A stretch of 63,640 bases of DNA, filler included, from Folioceros fuciformis (Eukaryota): NCBI GenBank assembly GCA_049999805.1. It is 4 parts of 4 records of this genome, joined end to end, with 100 filler letters (N's around TTAATTAATTAA, not from the genome) between each part and the next. Parts side by side here need not be neighbours in the genome. Positions count along the whole stretch, not along the records: positions 1 to 27,217 come from JBNGIO010005368.1; 3 more parts are not named here. One strand, written 5' to 3'. The translations under genes and the position numbers were made by a program. The number at the start of each line of letters is the position of its first letter. The first letter of the stretch is position 1. The notes beneath the pieces were generated by a model. That model saw only the letters and a program-made list of their open reading frames with translations, was not told where the DNA came from and did no database searches. Of the stretch, positions 1 to 11,931 are shown piece after piece.

Positions 1-530
1 GGTGTTGGAAGACAAGAGGGTACAGCTTGTCAAAGTTCACACTAGTCAGAACCTTGCAGATGTTCTTATCAAGGGGCTCTCTACGGAGCAATTCGCACAA
101 GCTCGGACACTCATGGGCATGAGGTAGACCACTCTCCTATGAAGGTAAATTGGCCTGTAAGTGGGAGGTTGTAGGGTTATTAAAGCCCAATGTGCTTAGA
201 CTAATGTGTTTAGTCTAATATTAGTGTCTAGTTAAGTATCATTAGTTTAGATTAGCTTAAGCTAATATGTAGGAAGCTTCTTGCGCAGCTTCCTGTGCGC
301 TTCTTGTGAAGCTTCCTGTGCGCTTCCTGTGCGCTTCTTGTGAAGCTTCCTGTGCGCTTCTTGTGAAGCTTCCTGTGCGCTTCTTGTGAAGCTTCCTGTG
401 CGCTTCTTGTGAAGCTTCCTTGGGAGCTCTTCTAAAGGGTATAAATACCCCCTTGAGCTCCCTTGCTATTGAGACTGTGTGAGAGTGTGACCTCTCTTTC
501 TCCTCTTCTCCTTGCCTCCTCCTTCACCAT
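1..530 (+). mobile_element. 3' end of Ty1/Copia LTR retrotransposon (RNase H tail, PPT, 3' LTR)
   Basis: Frame 2..127 reads VLEDKRVQLVKVHTSQNLADVLIKGLSTEQFAQARTLMGMR* (Copia ADxxTK-type tail). Purine tract AAGTGGGAGG is followed by TGTAGGG at 170, and TATA-like GGGTATAAATACCC lies at ~437. Confidence 0.8.
275..421. repeat. Tandem repeat (~23 bp, GCTTCTTGTGAAGCTTCCTGTGC) inside LTR
   Basis: Unit repeated about 6 times, directly visible. Confidence 0.9.
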
Positions 531-539
531 GTGGCTCCT

Positions 540-2655
540 CTAGCGATCCTTCACCTTTGACACCTTGAAGATGAGTTTGATGGAGGCTCCCATCATGGCC
601 AGGCTCGACTTTGCCAAGCCATTTGTGTTGCACACCAATTGGAGCATCTTGGGCCTTGGTGTTGTCTTAGCCCAGCAAGATGAGGACGGATAGGAGAGAG
701 TGGTAGCATATGCCTCACGCAGCAACAATAGGGCAAAAGCCAACTACAGCAGCTACAAGGGGGAGTGCTTAGTGGCTGTGTAGGTAGTTTGTCATTTTAG
801 GCCCTACTTGTATGGCAAGCCCTTACATTGGTAATTGATCATTAGCTCCTCAAATGGTTGATGACCAACACCAAGTTGAGTGGCAAGCTTGCACGGTGGG
901 TCATGATCTTGTAGGACTACGAGTTTCAAGTAGTCCACCGACCTGGGATCACGCACCAGAATGCTGACACTCTCTCCCGAAATCCTCGTGCTAGTTGTGA
1001 GGATATTACAGAGGCTAGGTTGGATGCTAATGAGAGTAAAGTGCAGCACCCATCAGTCTCAGTGATGGTGGTCTTAACATGCTTGGGTGACAATGCTGAG
1101 TCTGGGGCAATCCCGAGTATGGTGGAGCTCCAGCAAACCAAGAGGCAACTGTCACCCCTGGACACCTATGTTGGGGACAAGCGGCCTAAGGACATTCGGG
1201 AGGACCCTGATAGTCTCTTGTTCATATAGACAGGACAATTGAATCCTACCATGGACGCAGTGGAACAAGAGCGAAGTGAGGCAATGGGCAGCTCTTCACT
1301 ACTGGCGAGATGGTTATCTCCTTCAGAAGCTGCCCAATGGGTTGGAGCGCATTGTCCCACCTCCGGCTGATTGTGAGCGATTGATTTGCCGAGTGCACGA
1401 TGACATGGGCCATTTCGGGGTCAAGCGTACTTATAACTTGCTTCTACCACATTTCCACTGGCATGGGATGTATGCCCAAGTCAAGCAATAGGTGGCTTGT
1501 TGCCAGGAGTGTGACAGGGTTAAGACATCCTTCACCATTTAGAACCTGTAGCTGCACCCCTTGCCGATCATGGGAGTGTTTTTCAAGTGGTCTTGTGATT
1601 TGCTAGGTGAACTACCCAAGACACCACACGGGAATGTGTACATCCTCGTCATGATGGAGCATGTTTCCAAATGGGTAGAAGTGGTGGCTCTGCCAGATAA
1701 GAGTTCTAGAAGCACAGCTCAAGCTTTCCTCCAAAATGTATTGAGCTGCTTCAAGAGCTGTGGCGAGTGGCTGACGGATTAGGGGACTGAATTCAGAGGT
1801 GAATTCCATGACTTGCTGGATGCAGCACTCATTGACCATCGCAGGACCAGTAGGGACCACCCACAAGTTGATGGCCTTATTGAACGCATGGTTCAAACCA
1901 TCAAGAAGGGTTTGAGGAAGCTTTGCCTTCAAATGCCAAAAATAGAGTGGGATTTGGCGCTCCCCTACATTGCCATGGGCTACCACATGAGTCGCCATGC
2001 CTCATTGGCCCATTTTACTCCCTATTTCTTGCTGTTTGGGAGGGATCTTGTGCCACCCAATCCCATTGCTAAGCAGCTCTATGAGGTGGTGGACTTGGAT
2101 GATCCTGCAACTTGGGCAAGGGTCATGGGTCAACGTGCGGCACTGTTTCGGCAAGCCATGCCAATGGCCATGGCTAACCTAAGAATTGCCCAACATCGGG
2201 ACACCCTGAGGTATGCCCACACACGTAGTGGTAGCTTCCGGCCCAAGCTCAAGAAGTTCCTAGTTGAAGATTTCGTTTATTTGTAGAGGCAAGCGGGGGA
2301 CGCTCTTGACACCACCACGAGCCGGCATGTGCTACGCATCTAGGCAGTCAAGGACAATGGTGTGCTAGTTTTACAAGGCTCAAATGGACGTACGACCAGG
2401 GAGCACATGAAGAATTGCGCACCATGCCATCTACCCAACCTGGATCCCACCATTGTTACCAGCAATTGGGTGCCCTTAGTCAACTATCCATGCTAGGTCT
2501 GCAGGAGGGTCGATGACCCCGAGCTGATGTTGCTATGCGACTCCTGCAACGGTGGATATCACCTGTTTTGCTTGCAACCCACTTTGGCTGAGGTGCCAGG
2601 GCAGCTGTGGCATTGTCCTTCATATGTTGCTCCTCCTGCAACCTCAGCGGTTTGA
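540..2655 (+). mobile_element. Degenerate Ty3/Gypsy pol (RNase H, integrase, C-terminal PHD finger)
   Basis: KPFVLHTNWSILGLGVVL..ERVVAYASR (RNase H), HDDMGHFG and KWVEVVALP..GLIERMVQTIK..TPYFLLFGR (integrase). Many in-frame stops. A G-rich PPT lies at 2675-2687. Confidence 0.9.
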
Positions 2656-2689
2656 CACACAAGCTTCACCAGTTGGGGGGGGGGAGGCC

Positions 2690-3530
2690 GTAGGTGCTCC
2701 ATCAACTCTAACTTGCTCCCATGAGCATGACTCTCTTTCTTTTTGATGGAGTTGTTCTTGAACTACAAGACTGCTAGGACAAGGCATATTCGGGATTGTT
2801 CTTTCCAAGACTCCCCGAATCTTGCTAACTTGCTGCTTTTCACGACAGCTGACAGGAAGCTGCTAGGGAGGACGGGATAGGTGACATGTTCATTTTGCAA
2901 TCAAGATTGCCGAGACTCCTGAGACTACTTCCATTACTATGCTCGAGCACAAGAAGGAAGGTAAGGCAAGTTCACATTTATAGCTTTCAATTTGTCCCTT
3001 AGCACAATATGGATAATAGCTATTATTCCCTTTTATTTCATTAATTTGGGAACGTAGTTATTACAAGTAATAGACATATTCAAGTAGCTAGAAAAACGCT
3101 GGAACCCAGCAAGTGTGAACACGCTGGAAAAACCCTAGGCAAGCACTAACACCAGGAGGCAAGGGGCAAGGAAGTTAGTCTTTGAAGTTGCACCTGGAGA
3201 TTGCCATAGCTAGAGGAGAAAGGCCTTGTACTCATGTGTCATGAATACAAAGTTGGTTTTCCGTGTGCCCCTCGGATTGGTTCGAAGGTGTGACTGACGA
3301 ACTCCCAGCCAGTGCGCATATCCTAAGCCCAATTGCTTACATTGCAACTTTCATGATTCCCTCTCATCGTAGAGGAAAACACTTCGGGGAAGCTGTAGGT
3401 GCTCCATCAGCCCTAAGTTGCTCCCATGAGCATGACTCACTTTCTTTTTGATGGAGTTGTTCTTGCATTGCAAGACTGCTAGGACAAGGCATATTCGGAC
3501 TGTCCTTTCCAGGACTCCCCGAATCTTGCT
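2690..3530 (+). repeat. Pair of ~137 bp LTR-like direct repeats (2690-2826 and 3394-3530)
   Basis: GTAGGTGCTCCATC...CTCCCCGAATCTTGCT occurs twice, each copy preceded by a purine-rich PPT-like tract. Confidence 0.8.
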
Positions 3531-5759
3531 GGTGGAGATGCACCGTAGAGAGGTAGGGAGAAGGGCTCCTATGAACGTAGCCGAATGTCCAAGAACGAGG
3601 AGTGAAAAGAGACGCCAGCGAGAGTGAGAGAGCTTGGATAAAAATGTGGTGAAAAAAGAGAGTGTGAGATGGCGGGGTGGAGAGGAAGGGGGAGGGATGG
3701 AGTGGAGCATAAGGTCGGCCATCACAAGCGTAAGACTTTGCGCTCGAGAGATCAGTATGTCCGTAAATGCCCAAGACGGTTACTGCCCACAACCTACATG
3801 CTATCAGGGTACTGGTTATGAGCCGGGCCGGATTTACTGTCAGTTTGACATGCGCCTTCTCTCCAAAAGGTCCGGGTCCGTTGGAAATATAAAAAAAAAA
3901 AAAAAAAGAGTTGTGCTTACTTCGGAAATGAGTCTGGCCTGCGGTCGGAGGTACATGTTGATGGTTATTTTCGCACCGACATATGGTCATTGTGGTAAGA
4001 AAGGGTGGGTTTGTATGTTCCATTAGTTGCGTGGTCGAGATCTAATAGATGACAAGTTGAAGTTCAGAGGACTTCAACCACAACAAGACATGGAAGAGTT
4101 GTGGGCTGTACAATAGGTAGGCAAGTTTGTTGGTCTGCCAAGTCTGTCAATACTTGGCAGTACTAAGAGTAGAGAAGGGTGGGGGCAAAAATCGAGGGCA
4201 ATCGACATTGTGCTTTGAAGACAATCTCCCTCACAATGGTGCGTCGGAGGTCAAGGAGGAGAGCTATGGGCAAGAAGGTATATTTATGGTTCTCGTTTTT
4301 GCTGTGGACTTTAATTTTAGGTTTGCTACAATCCAGACATTTAGACAAGAAGGAAACATCTATATANNNNNNNNNNNNNNNNNNNNNNNNNNNNNNNNNN
4401 NNNNNNNNNNNNNNNNNNNNNNNNNNNNNNNNNNNNNNNNNNNNNNNNNNNNNNNNNNNNNNNNNNGCATAGAATAATTCAACATTAAAGCTCCATAAAG
4501 TACAACAACAAATAAGTTGAAGTCTTAAATAACTACCACAAGTTAGGGCTATAACTTCCACCAATGGGTGCACCTTTTCACAAGGTACACCCATATTAAT
4601 CTAAATATGAAACATGCCCTAACCGTAGTTGTGAAGGCAACACCAAAGTACTACTATTTCTAGATGGACATCATGCAATTTGCTGACGTTTAGAGTGTGG
4701 GTGTAGGGGGAGGGGAAGACTATGAGTGTGGGCTAGACAATGGGTTTCGGGAAGGGAACCAAGAGAGCATGGAGATTGAAGAGGATGGTAACCCTCATAA
4801 GAGACATGACATTGAGAATTCAAACAAGGGGCAGTTTGCTAAAGTTGAAGAAGACATGGAGGGAGTGGCTGAAGGTGATCCATCTTGCCCTATATTTACA
4901 GGTAATAACCCAACCACAGCTCATTATGAAACATATGATTCAAGCAATGACCATTTTCAAGAGGAATCTCCTCCAACACGATGAGGCAAACATAGGAAGA
5001 GGACTCCACACATGAACGTCATCTACCTCAAGCGAATTGCTGAATAACAAGGGCAAAAGCAACTTCCCTTATGAAAAGGGTTTGGCCGACAACACTAGTG
5101 ACAAGAACACACTCAAAGGTGGGGCACATGGAAAAGGTATGGCAGGTGCAAAAGTTGTGTTTCACGGTCATTTGGAGAACAATAGCTGAGTATGAGTCGT
5201 AGGTGATGTTGTTTCTGCCTTCACAAGGTGTGGGCACTGCGAGAGAGGAAGTTGAAAGTGGAAAGAAAGATTTGCAGGGCTAAGGGAAATGCAAATTCAC
5301 CAAACAAGCTACCTCCACAAAGCGGGCTCAAAAGCACATGGTTCCATGAGAACACAAGAGCACCTTGCCCACCAGATATCTTTCACAAGAATACAATTAG
5401 GGGGTGTGGTTGTGTGTCACAAAGCATGGGAAAGAGAGTCTTGTATACGGCGAGCCATGTAATGCTATGTGGGGTGCAGCACACCCTAAACCAATACACT
5501 GCCGCATTAGAATTGTCTGTACACATATACCGCATGTTCCTCAATGCATGCAAAGCTCTAAGACCTTGGGATCTACCCAAGATATTTGGCCCTGGGCTTG
5601 CACGAGATCCCACACAAGTTGCTGCCACCAACACCTTGGTAGGAAAGTTCAAATGCAGGCACTTAACATGTTACCCGCATATGTTTGGACCACACACCTG
5701 CAATTGAAGCAAAATCCAGAGCAAAAGTGTTATATCACATGCAATCTAACATTTTAACT

Positions 5760-5881
5760 GTAACGCTTTCCCTTGGCTCAGTGTCCAAGTCTATGCTGTT
5801 ACAAAGAGTTGCAAAGTGTTAGAAAATTACCAACAAGTGTTAGATTTTAGTGTTACAAACACTCGCATGTTTTTAGTAGTG
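5760..5881. mobile_element. Probable CACTA transposon terminus
   Basis: Ends ...TTTTTAGTAGTG (reverse complement CACTACTAAAAA), preceded by short subterminal TGTTACAAA/AGTGTTAGA repeats. The other end was not found. Confidence 0.45.
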
Positions 5882-7640
5882 AGAGCACCTAGAATTGAAT
5901 ATTAATTAATTCTAGGGCACTAAGTAGTTCCTTTCATTTAGTTATTTAAGTAGTTAGTTGTTATATTAGTTACAACTACTTATTGGTTATAACCACTTAC
6001 AATTACAACCACCTTGCCTATATAAAGGCATGTACTTTATATTATGCAATGCAACAAGCTTTTATACAAGTGTGTGTACATGATTTTCTTCATGGTATCA
6101 TAACTTTGGTTCTAGATTCTCAAGCATATTGTTTGCCATACATTGAGACATCAATCCTTCTATGCATTTTCTGATCTAGATCATTCATATGAAGATTATT
6201 CTCCAAGGAGGCTTTTTATTTGACAGCAATTTCATTATGCTTTATTTCATGCATATATAATGTACCATTGGTGCATTTTTTCTTTGGTCTATGTACGATG
6301 GATTTCTTAAATCTTAATAGATAAGGGAATATAAGGAGATCCCAGGCTGCAAGCAATAAACGAGAAACAATCAAACACCATCAATCCTAAGCACATCAGA
6401 GATGAAGTTGAAGGAGATTCTAGGATTATTAGCAACTACACTGGAGCTATTATAATCAAATAAAAAAATCAAGGACAATTGATCAAGCTTGCCAAAAGAG
6501 ATCTACTTTCTTGTTTTAGTTATTCAAAAGTATAATCAATTACACTTGCACTCCAACATCTTCCCATTACACTTGCTAGTCTTAGTGCTTCCACTAACAC
6601 AAATTTCTTATAGCTAGTAGAATCCATCAAGTTATATACAAAACTAAATCATAAAGCCCTAATTCAGCAATTATCATTTCTACTTCTTGGTATCAATCGT
6701 TTAAATAAACGTATTGATTTAGAAAACATAATTTCTTATAGTTCTATGCAAATTCATCATTTACTTGCAGATTCTAATTTTGATGAAGATTTTTATATCA
6801 ACCCACTTCCTTGAATGATCTTCTCCAAAAATTCAGGCGCGCAACGTAATTGTGTATAAAGCCATCTGCTATGTCTATTGCTTCAAATGATGGTGGTGAT
6901 CACATTAATCCTCATCTGGTCAATCCTTCATCACCTATCAATCAAGATAAGGAATCATATCCAACAATTATCAATAATTATAGAGATTTTGATATGTGGC
7001 ACCTTAGAATGCGTGTGGTTCTATGCAATTGTGATCTATGAGACATCACCAATGGAAGTCTTACGCGCCCTGACATCACCAACGAAAGTCTTACGTGCCC
7101 CAACATCACCAATGNNNNNNNNNNNNNNNNNNNNNNNNNNNNNNNNNNNNNNNNNNNNNNNNNNNNNNNNNNNNNNNNNNNNNNNNNNNNNNNNNNNNNN
7201 NNNNNNNNNNNNNNCCCTGACATCACCAACGAAAGTCTTACGTGCCCCAACATCACCAATGGAAGTCTTACGCGCCCCGACATCACCAACGAAAGTCTTA
7301 CGTGCCCCGACATCACCAATGGAAGTCCCAAGTCACGAGTGCCCCCAATTGGGGCACTCGTGAAGCAAAAGGTTGCTGGGATTCTAAAGGCAAACAAGCA
7401 CAAGACACATTGATTAGTGAGCTTTCTCAACATATGGTTTCACAAATATATGAGGCAAAATCTTCAAAGGATATGTGGAACCAACTTGTTCAACTATATT
7501 CATCTAAAGATGTCATGAGCTTGATTACAGCCAATAATAACTTCCACAACCCGAGAAGGAATCATATACTATTGAACATCGTATCAACGCTTTCTTCATG
7601 GCAAGATCTCAAGTGCATTTGGTCACAAAATGTGGAGTGA
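5882..7640 (+). mobile_element. 5' part of Copia element (LTR, PBS, leader, gag remnant)
   Basis: LTR ends CA at 6092. PBS-like TGGTATCATAAC at 6093. Gag-like FDMWHLRMRVVL and IYEAKSSKDMWNQLVQLY. Confidence 0.75.
7043..7330. repeat. 30-bp tandem repeat within Copia gag (spans a gap)
   Basis: ACATCACCAA(T/C)G(G/A)AAGTCTTACG(C/T)GCCC units on both sides of the N gap. Confidence 0.85.
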
Positions 7641-8350
7641 CCTACCACCAATGTGTCACCACCAAAGTGTCACAAAGAGGCCCATATTAATCCTCTTATT
7701 GTTGCAGTCCTAGGATTCGCTTCCAAAGAAATGTGATCTTGTGCCAAAACAAACCTGATCCTACTTACCAACCCCTTACTCAACCTGACAATAGCTACGA
7801 CAATTAGATCTAACTTCCTAACTTTATTCCTATTGCATGCAAAAGCTACCCTAGCAGCTGAAAAAGAAACCCCGTCTCCCAGCTCTAAGTCCTCAACTTC
7901 AACCTCTCAATTTGCAACACAACAGCTTTCCCCACCTGCAACCCTAGGGTAGAGATGTGAGGTTTTAGCACCGGATAGCCTCTTGACTCCCAGCCCTCCA
8001 ACCTTCACCTCGAAAACCTTACCCAAGGACATCAAGGCACCTCTCAACCACCATACAAAAAGGGTCAACAATTGTGGATGTGGCCACACAAATCTTGTGC
8101 CGTGCCTCTTAGAGGCAAGGGATAAGGCACAAGGTGCACACTCACACCAAATCAACATCCCAATCCGGCAGCCTACAGATAAGGAACAAGGGGGATCACA
8201 CCAAAGACTACCCCTTCCTAAATGAAGGGGCTGGCCCCTTATATTATCTTGGCCAAGAACTACATCACTACCCACCAAGGTTAGCATCAGTTCACACGCT
8301 CAAAAAATCTCCCCTAATTCCAGCCTATGAGAAACTGACATGTGGACTCT

Positions 8351-8485
8351 TGGAACCCATTACTAGCTTCCCCTTTTGGAACTCATTACTAGCTTCCCCT
8401 TTTGGAACTCATTACTAGCTTCCCCTTNNNNNNNNNNACTCATTACTAGCTTCCCCTTTTGGAACTCATTACTAGCTTCCCCTTA
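8351..8485. repeat. ~26-bp tandem repeat (CATTACTAGCTTCCCCTTTTGGAACT)
   Basis: About 5 copies visible, with a 10-N gap inside. Confidence 0.85.
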
Positions 8486-8649
8486 ACTAGTTTAGGACCA
8501 CTTCCCTTGCAATTTACTCCACCTTCCCCTGTGATAATCATGTACAACTGCATCGCATAAGTTTAGCAACATTCCAATGCCACTGCCTCTTGTCGACCCA
8601 TAGCCCTCTAATATGACAGCCTGGTCCTCTGACAAGTGTTCACCGACCA

Positions 8650-8748
8650 CCAGCGGCTTGTTCTCCATCAGTGCTGCTCACCCCACGCATGCATAACCCA
8701 GCGGCTTGTTCTCCATCAGTGCTGCTCACCCCACGCATGCATAACCCA
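8650..8748. repeat. 48-bp tandem duplication
   Basis: CCAGCGGCTTGTTCTCCATCAGTGCTGCTCACCCCACGCATGCATAAC twice. Confidence 0.9.
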
Positions 8749-9525
8749 ACACAGTCACCAGCAATTTCCCTGCCATGTGTAAGGTACGGTATGCACCAAC
8801 TCAAGGAGGTAGGTGACAAAGCCATATTCTGGCCTCTCCACGACTATCCTATTGTGCTTGTCAAACACAAACAGGAAGACGTGGAGCAGTCTGTATCAGT
8901 CCCAAAACCAAGGCATGCCAAGAAAATTTGACAGGCACTCTGGCCCTCACAAGCGGCCCCTGTCCATCCCTCAGCTTCAAAGCTGCCTTCATTGCATGTC
9001 GACTGGTGGCCACCCTTCCCTTCAATTCTTAGGTTTTGGTGCCGCGTTGCACCTTACATGGCTCCCCAACCCCAGAAGGCTCCCCAGCCCCGAACCATGT
9101 TGCAGACCGCCACGACCTCATCAACCCGCAGCTCAAGAGCCGAAATTTGCACATTCTCCCACTTGTCCGCAAACCCCTTGAAATGGAAATTGATCTCAAG
9201 ACTGGCTACAGGCTGACAGAGCACTCGTCCAGTTTCTTTGACCTTCTCATCAGGGTTCAAGCCAGGGTGCGGCAATTCTATACCAGTAATCCACACCTTT
9301 GGAGACCGTCCGGGACGTTTAGCAAGAGCCTTTGGAGAGGAATGCGCCACCAGCTTCCCATTACTCTGGGAGGTATGCAAATCGGCTCCTGTGCCGTACA
9401 GCTTAGCCAACAGCACATCTAATGATGTAATGACAGCCTTGGCACACTCCATCACCACGAACTTGACATCATCAACCCCTAAACCCTGAGCAGCAGCATC
9501 AAGCACTGTCCTGGCAAGCGCTACA

Positions 9526-9945
9526 TCATCTTGGCCTATTCAGTGCCAAGCCGGCCAAGGAACATGGATTGTCCCCGCTCCAGTGCACCACCTGGCAATC
9601 CCCCCGGAAACCATAGCTTCGCACGAGGTAGGAGCTCAACGGCCTCGCTACCGCATGCAGATGAGCCAGATACTCGAGCTTGTCACTCAGCCCCGGTGCG
9701 GTGGCGAGCAACGCCTCCTCAGACCACTCCCGCTCATGCACGTCCATGAGGTTCATCCTAGCCGCGTCGCTGTGGTCAATTCCAGTGTACTACCCCCCGT
9801 AGCACGGACGCCATGAAGGAGCTCACCAGCGAGATCCGCTCCATGGAAGTGTACACCTCCGGCTGCGTCTACCACAACTTTCGTAGTTGCGGGTCAGTGA
9901 AACGCTCGTGCACGTAGGGGCCGGTGAGGGACGCCACTGCCTGGC
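9526..9945 (-). pseudogene. Captured xylulose kinase fragment (FGGY family)
   Basis: HERFTDPQLRKLW*TQPEVYTSMERISLVSSFMAS..GIDHSDAARMNLMD..WSEEALLATAPGL..VVHWSGDNPCSLAGL matches plant xylulokinase. One stop and one frameshift; no intron visible. Confidence 0.88.
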
Positions 9946-10594
9946 TCCTCCAAGGGCCTACTCCAGCTCTCGGCATTGGTCTCCCGTGCTGCTCTCCACC
10001 CGGACTGGGAAGTCGGGGGTTGCCAGTCGTCCTCGCAGCTGATCCGCGATCGGGGTCCCCGGAGCCAGGTCCCGCAGCTTCGCCCCCGCTCAAACTGTCC
10101 CCGACACTCCTACTGCTGCACTCACTGTCCGAGCCGCCGCCACCGGTACTGCAGTTGCTGCTGCTCATAGCGCTCTCACTTGCGACCTTCCTGTCCCGCT
10201 CCGCCGTCATGTGCCGCCGCTTGCTCATCCGCAGCCGATCCCGGCTCCGGCCATGGTGATGCGGGTCCCCGCCCTCCAACAACGAGGAAGGCCACACCAT
10301 CTCTTCCCGTCCCTTCAGCTGTCCTTCCCACCTTGCTTTAGCTCCCAATCCACCACAAATATGCAGAACAAATTCCTCCCAGCCTCTCCACCCAAACGTG
10401 GTCGCTGCTGCAGTGTGCCAAGCAAGCAACAGCCCCGAGTTCCGCTCCCTCCAAGCACAGCTGCTCCACCTTCCGCTCCCATGCCTATGTAGGTCTGCTC
10501 TCCACTGCATACTCCAGGAACGTGGCCAGCCCCACAATCGCCACAGTTCCGGAACTTCGCACCCATAAGCTGCCCACATGTGCTAGATTCAAAG

Positions 10595-10665
10595 AACACC
10601 CGCTTCTTGCAACACAGTGCATGACATTGTTGTAGGTGACCACGTCAGGCCGATGCCCCCCGGCA
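10595..10665 (-). pseudogene. Captured P-type PPR motif fragment
   Basis: GGHRPDVVTYNNVMHCVARSG resembles the PPR consensus G..PDVVTYN.LI....K.G. Confidence 0.65.
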
Positions 10666-10707
10666 GCTGTGGCCGCGGCGGCCATAGCGTGAAGGTCGGG
10701 TCCAGGT

Positions 10708-10878
10708 GCCGCTTAATGACCTACATCCACTCCTCCACCATCCCCAGGCTCCTCCGCAGCACGAAGAAAAATTGCCCCGTAAACAGCCGCTTCCATAGCT
10801 TGCACATCCCCCTAAGCTTATTGTGGTAAACCCGGGGCGCCCGGATGATGCAGGCGATGGCAAGATCGCCAGGGTCCG
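10708..10878 (-). pseudogene. Captured F-box domain fragment of an F-box/kelch protein
   Basis: PGDLAIACIIRAPRVYHNKLRGMCKLWKRLFTGQFFFVLRRSLGMVEEWM*VIKR matches the plant F-box/kelch pattern PDDLAxACLIRVPRxxHxKLRxVCKRW..LRKSLGMxEEWVYV. Confidence 0.85.
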
Positions 10879-11499
10879 AGCGCAATTCTTGCTCGCGGTC
10901 CAAGAGATCAAGGCCGTTGACGCCCCCTGCTTGGACAACCGCACTGCCGAAGACGGGTGAGGCGACAACAAGCCTCCCATGGCCGCCAAAGACCCCTCGA
11001 CGTTGGGCGGTGCACTACCGCTATGCCAGCACGTCCCAGTCCTTACACCACCCCACCCCGCGTGGACAGAGAATTGTGGAGTGGCCCCCTCCGCCCCCAG
11101 GATCATCCTCCCCGGACCCTCGTTCGCCATTCCCATTCTCCCGCTTCATCCACTTCGACGCCAAGCACAGCCGCAGTAGATCAGCAGGTAGGCATTCCAT
11201 CCTGCATGCACACCGTCCTGGCTCGCATCGCAACACTGACTCGTATCCACCACAAGCTCCATTTGCCCTGCACACATCGATCCTGAATGCCACATAACAG
11301 CGTTTGAGCCGAGCTCACTACCACTCTGGGTTCCATTTTGTAGGCAACCCACAACACGATTCAGATGCTTCCGACCTTCCCACCACTCTTGCCATGTCTT
11401 CCAGTACGGACTGTCCTAGCAGTAAGGAGCTCCACCTCCCGGCTTTTTGGTGCGCCCTCGTTGCTCTCTCGTCCAGCGACCGGGAGCTCTTGGCACAAG

Positions 11500-11659
11500 A
11501 GCTGTAGCCCCGCCTTCTCGGATGACACCCAACGTCCTTCCCAAGTCCCGTCAAAAGGCTCGTAGAATGCCGGCCCCACCTCAGCCACCCCTCCGCAGCC
11601 TTAAGCAAGAGCAGCAGCAGCCGTAGCTGGTGCAACCACATCCCGCTCCTCCGAGCCAT
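11500..11659 (-). pseudogene. Captured calnexin N-terminal fragment
   Basis: Signal-peptide-like MARRSGMWLHQLRLLLLLL, then after a frameshift FYEPFDGTWEGRWVSSEK, like calnexin FYESFDEsFEGRWIVSEK. Confidence 0.75.
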
Positions 11660-11931
11660 GCCAGGCGACATCTATCCTTTCCCTTCCAACCCCTCTGCCT
11701 CTGGCCAAGGCCTCTAAACGCACAACTAGAAGCTAGCGGGAAGATCACGGCAGCTGGCGGAGAAGAGAGTCAAGACCCGGTCTTACCCCGACCCTAAGGA
11801 ACAACCCGGGTTAGCAAATCGCTGTTTACCTTATGAACACATCCACTACCTATATCCTAACCAACCTAGTCTAATTTCTCAACTACTTTTTCATAGAATT
11901 CAATCAAAACTCAAAAAAAAAAAAAATACTA

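Noticed and set aside
3634-5757. Several 90-160 aa ORFs
   Set aside because: No recognisable domain; probably decayed TE interior
10530-10580. WAAYGCEVPELWRL resembling a hAT dimerisation-domain fragment
   Set aside because: Too short to support without a search
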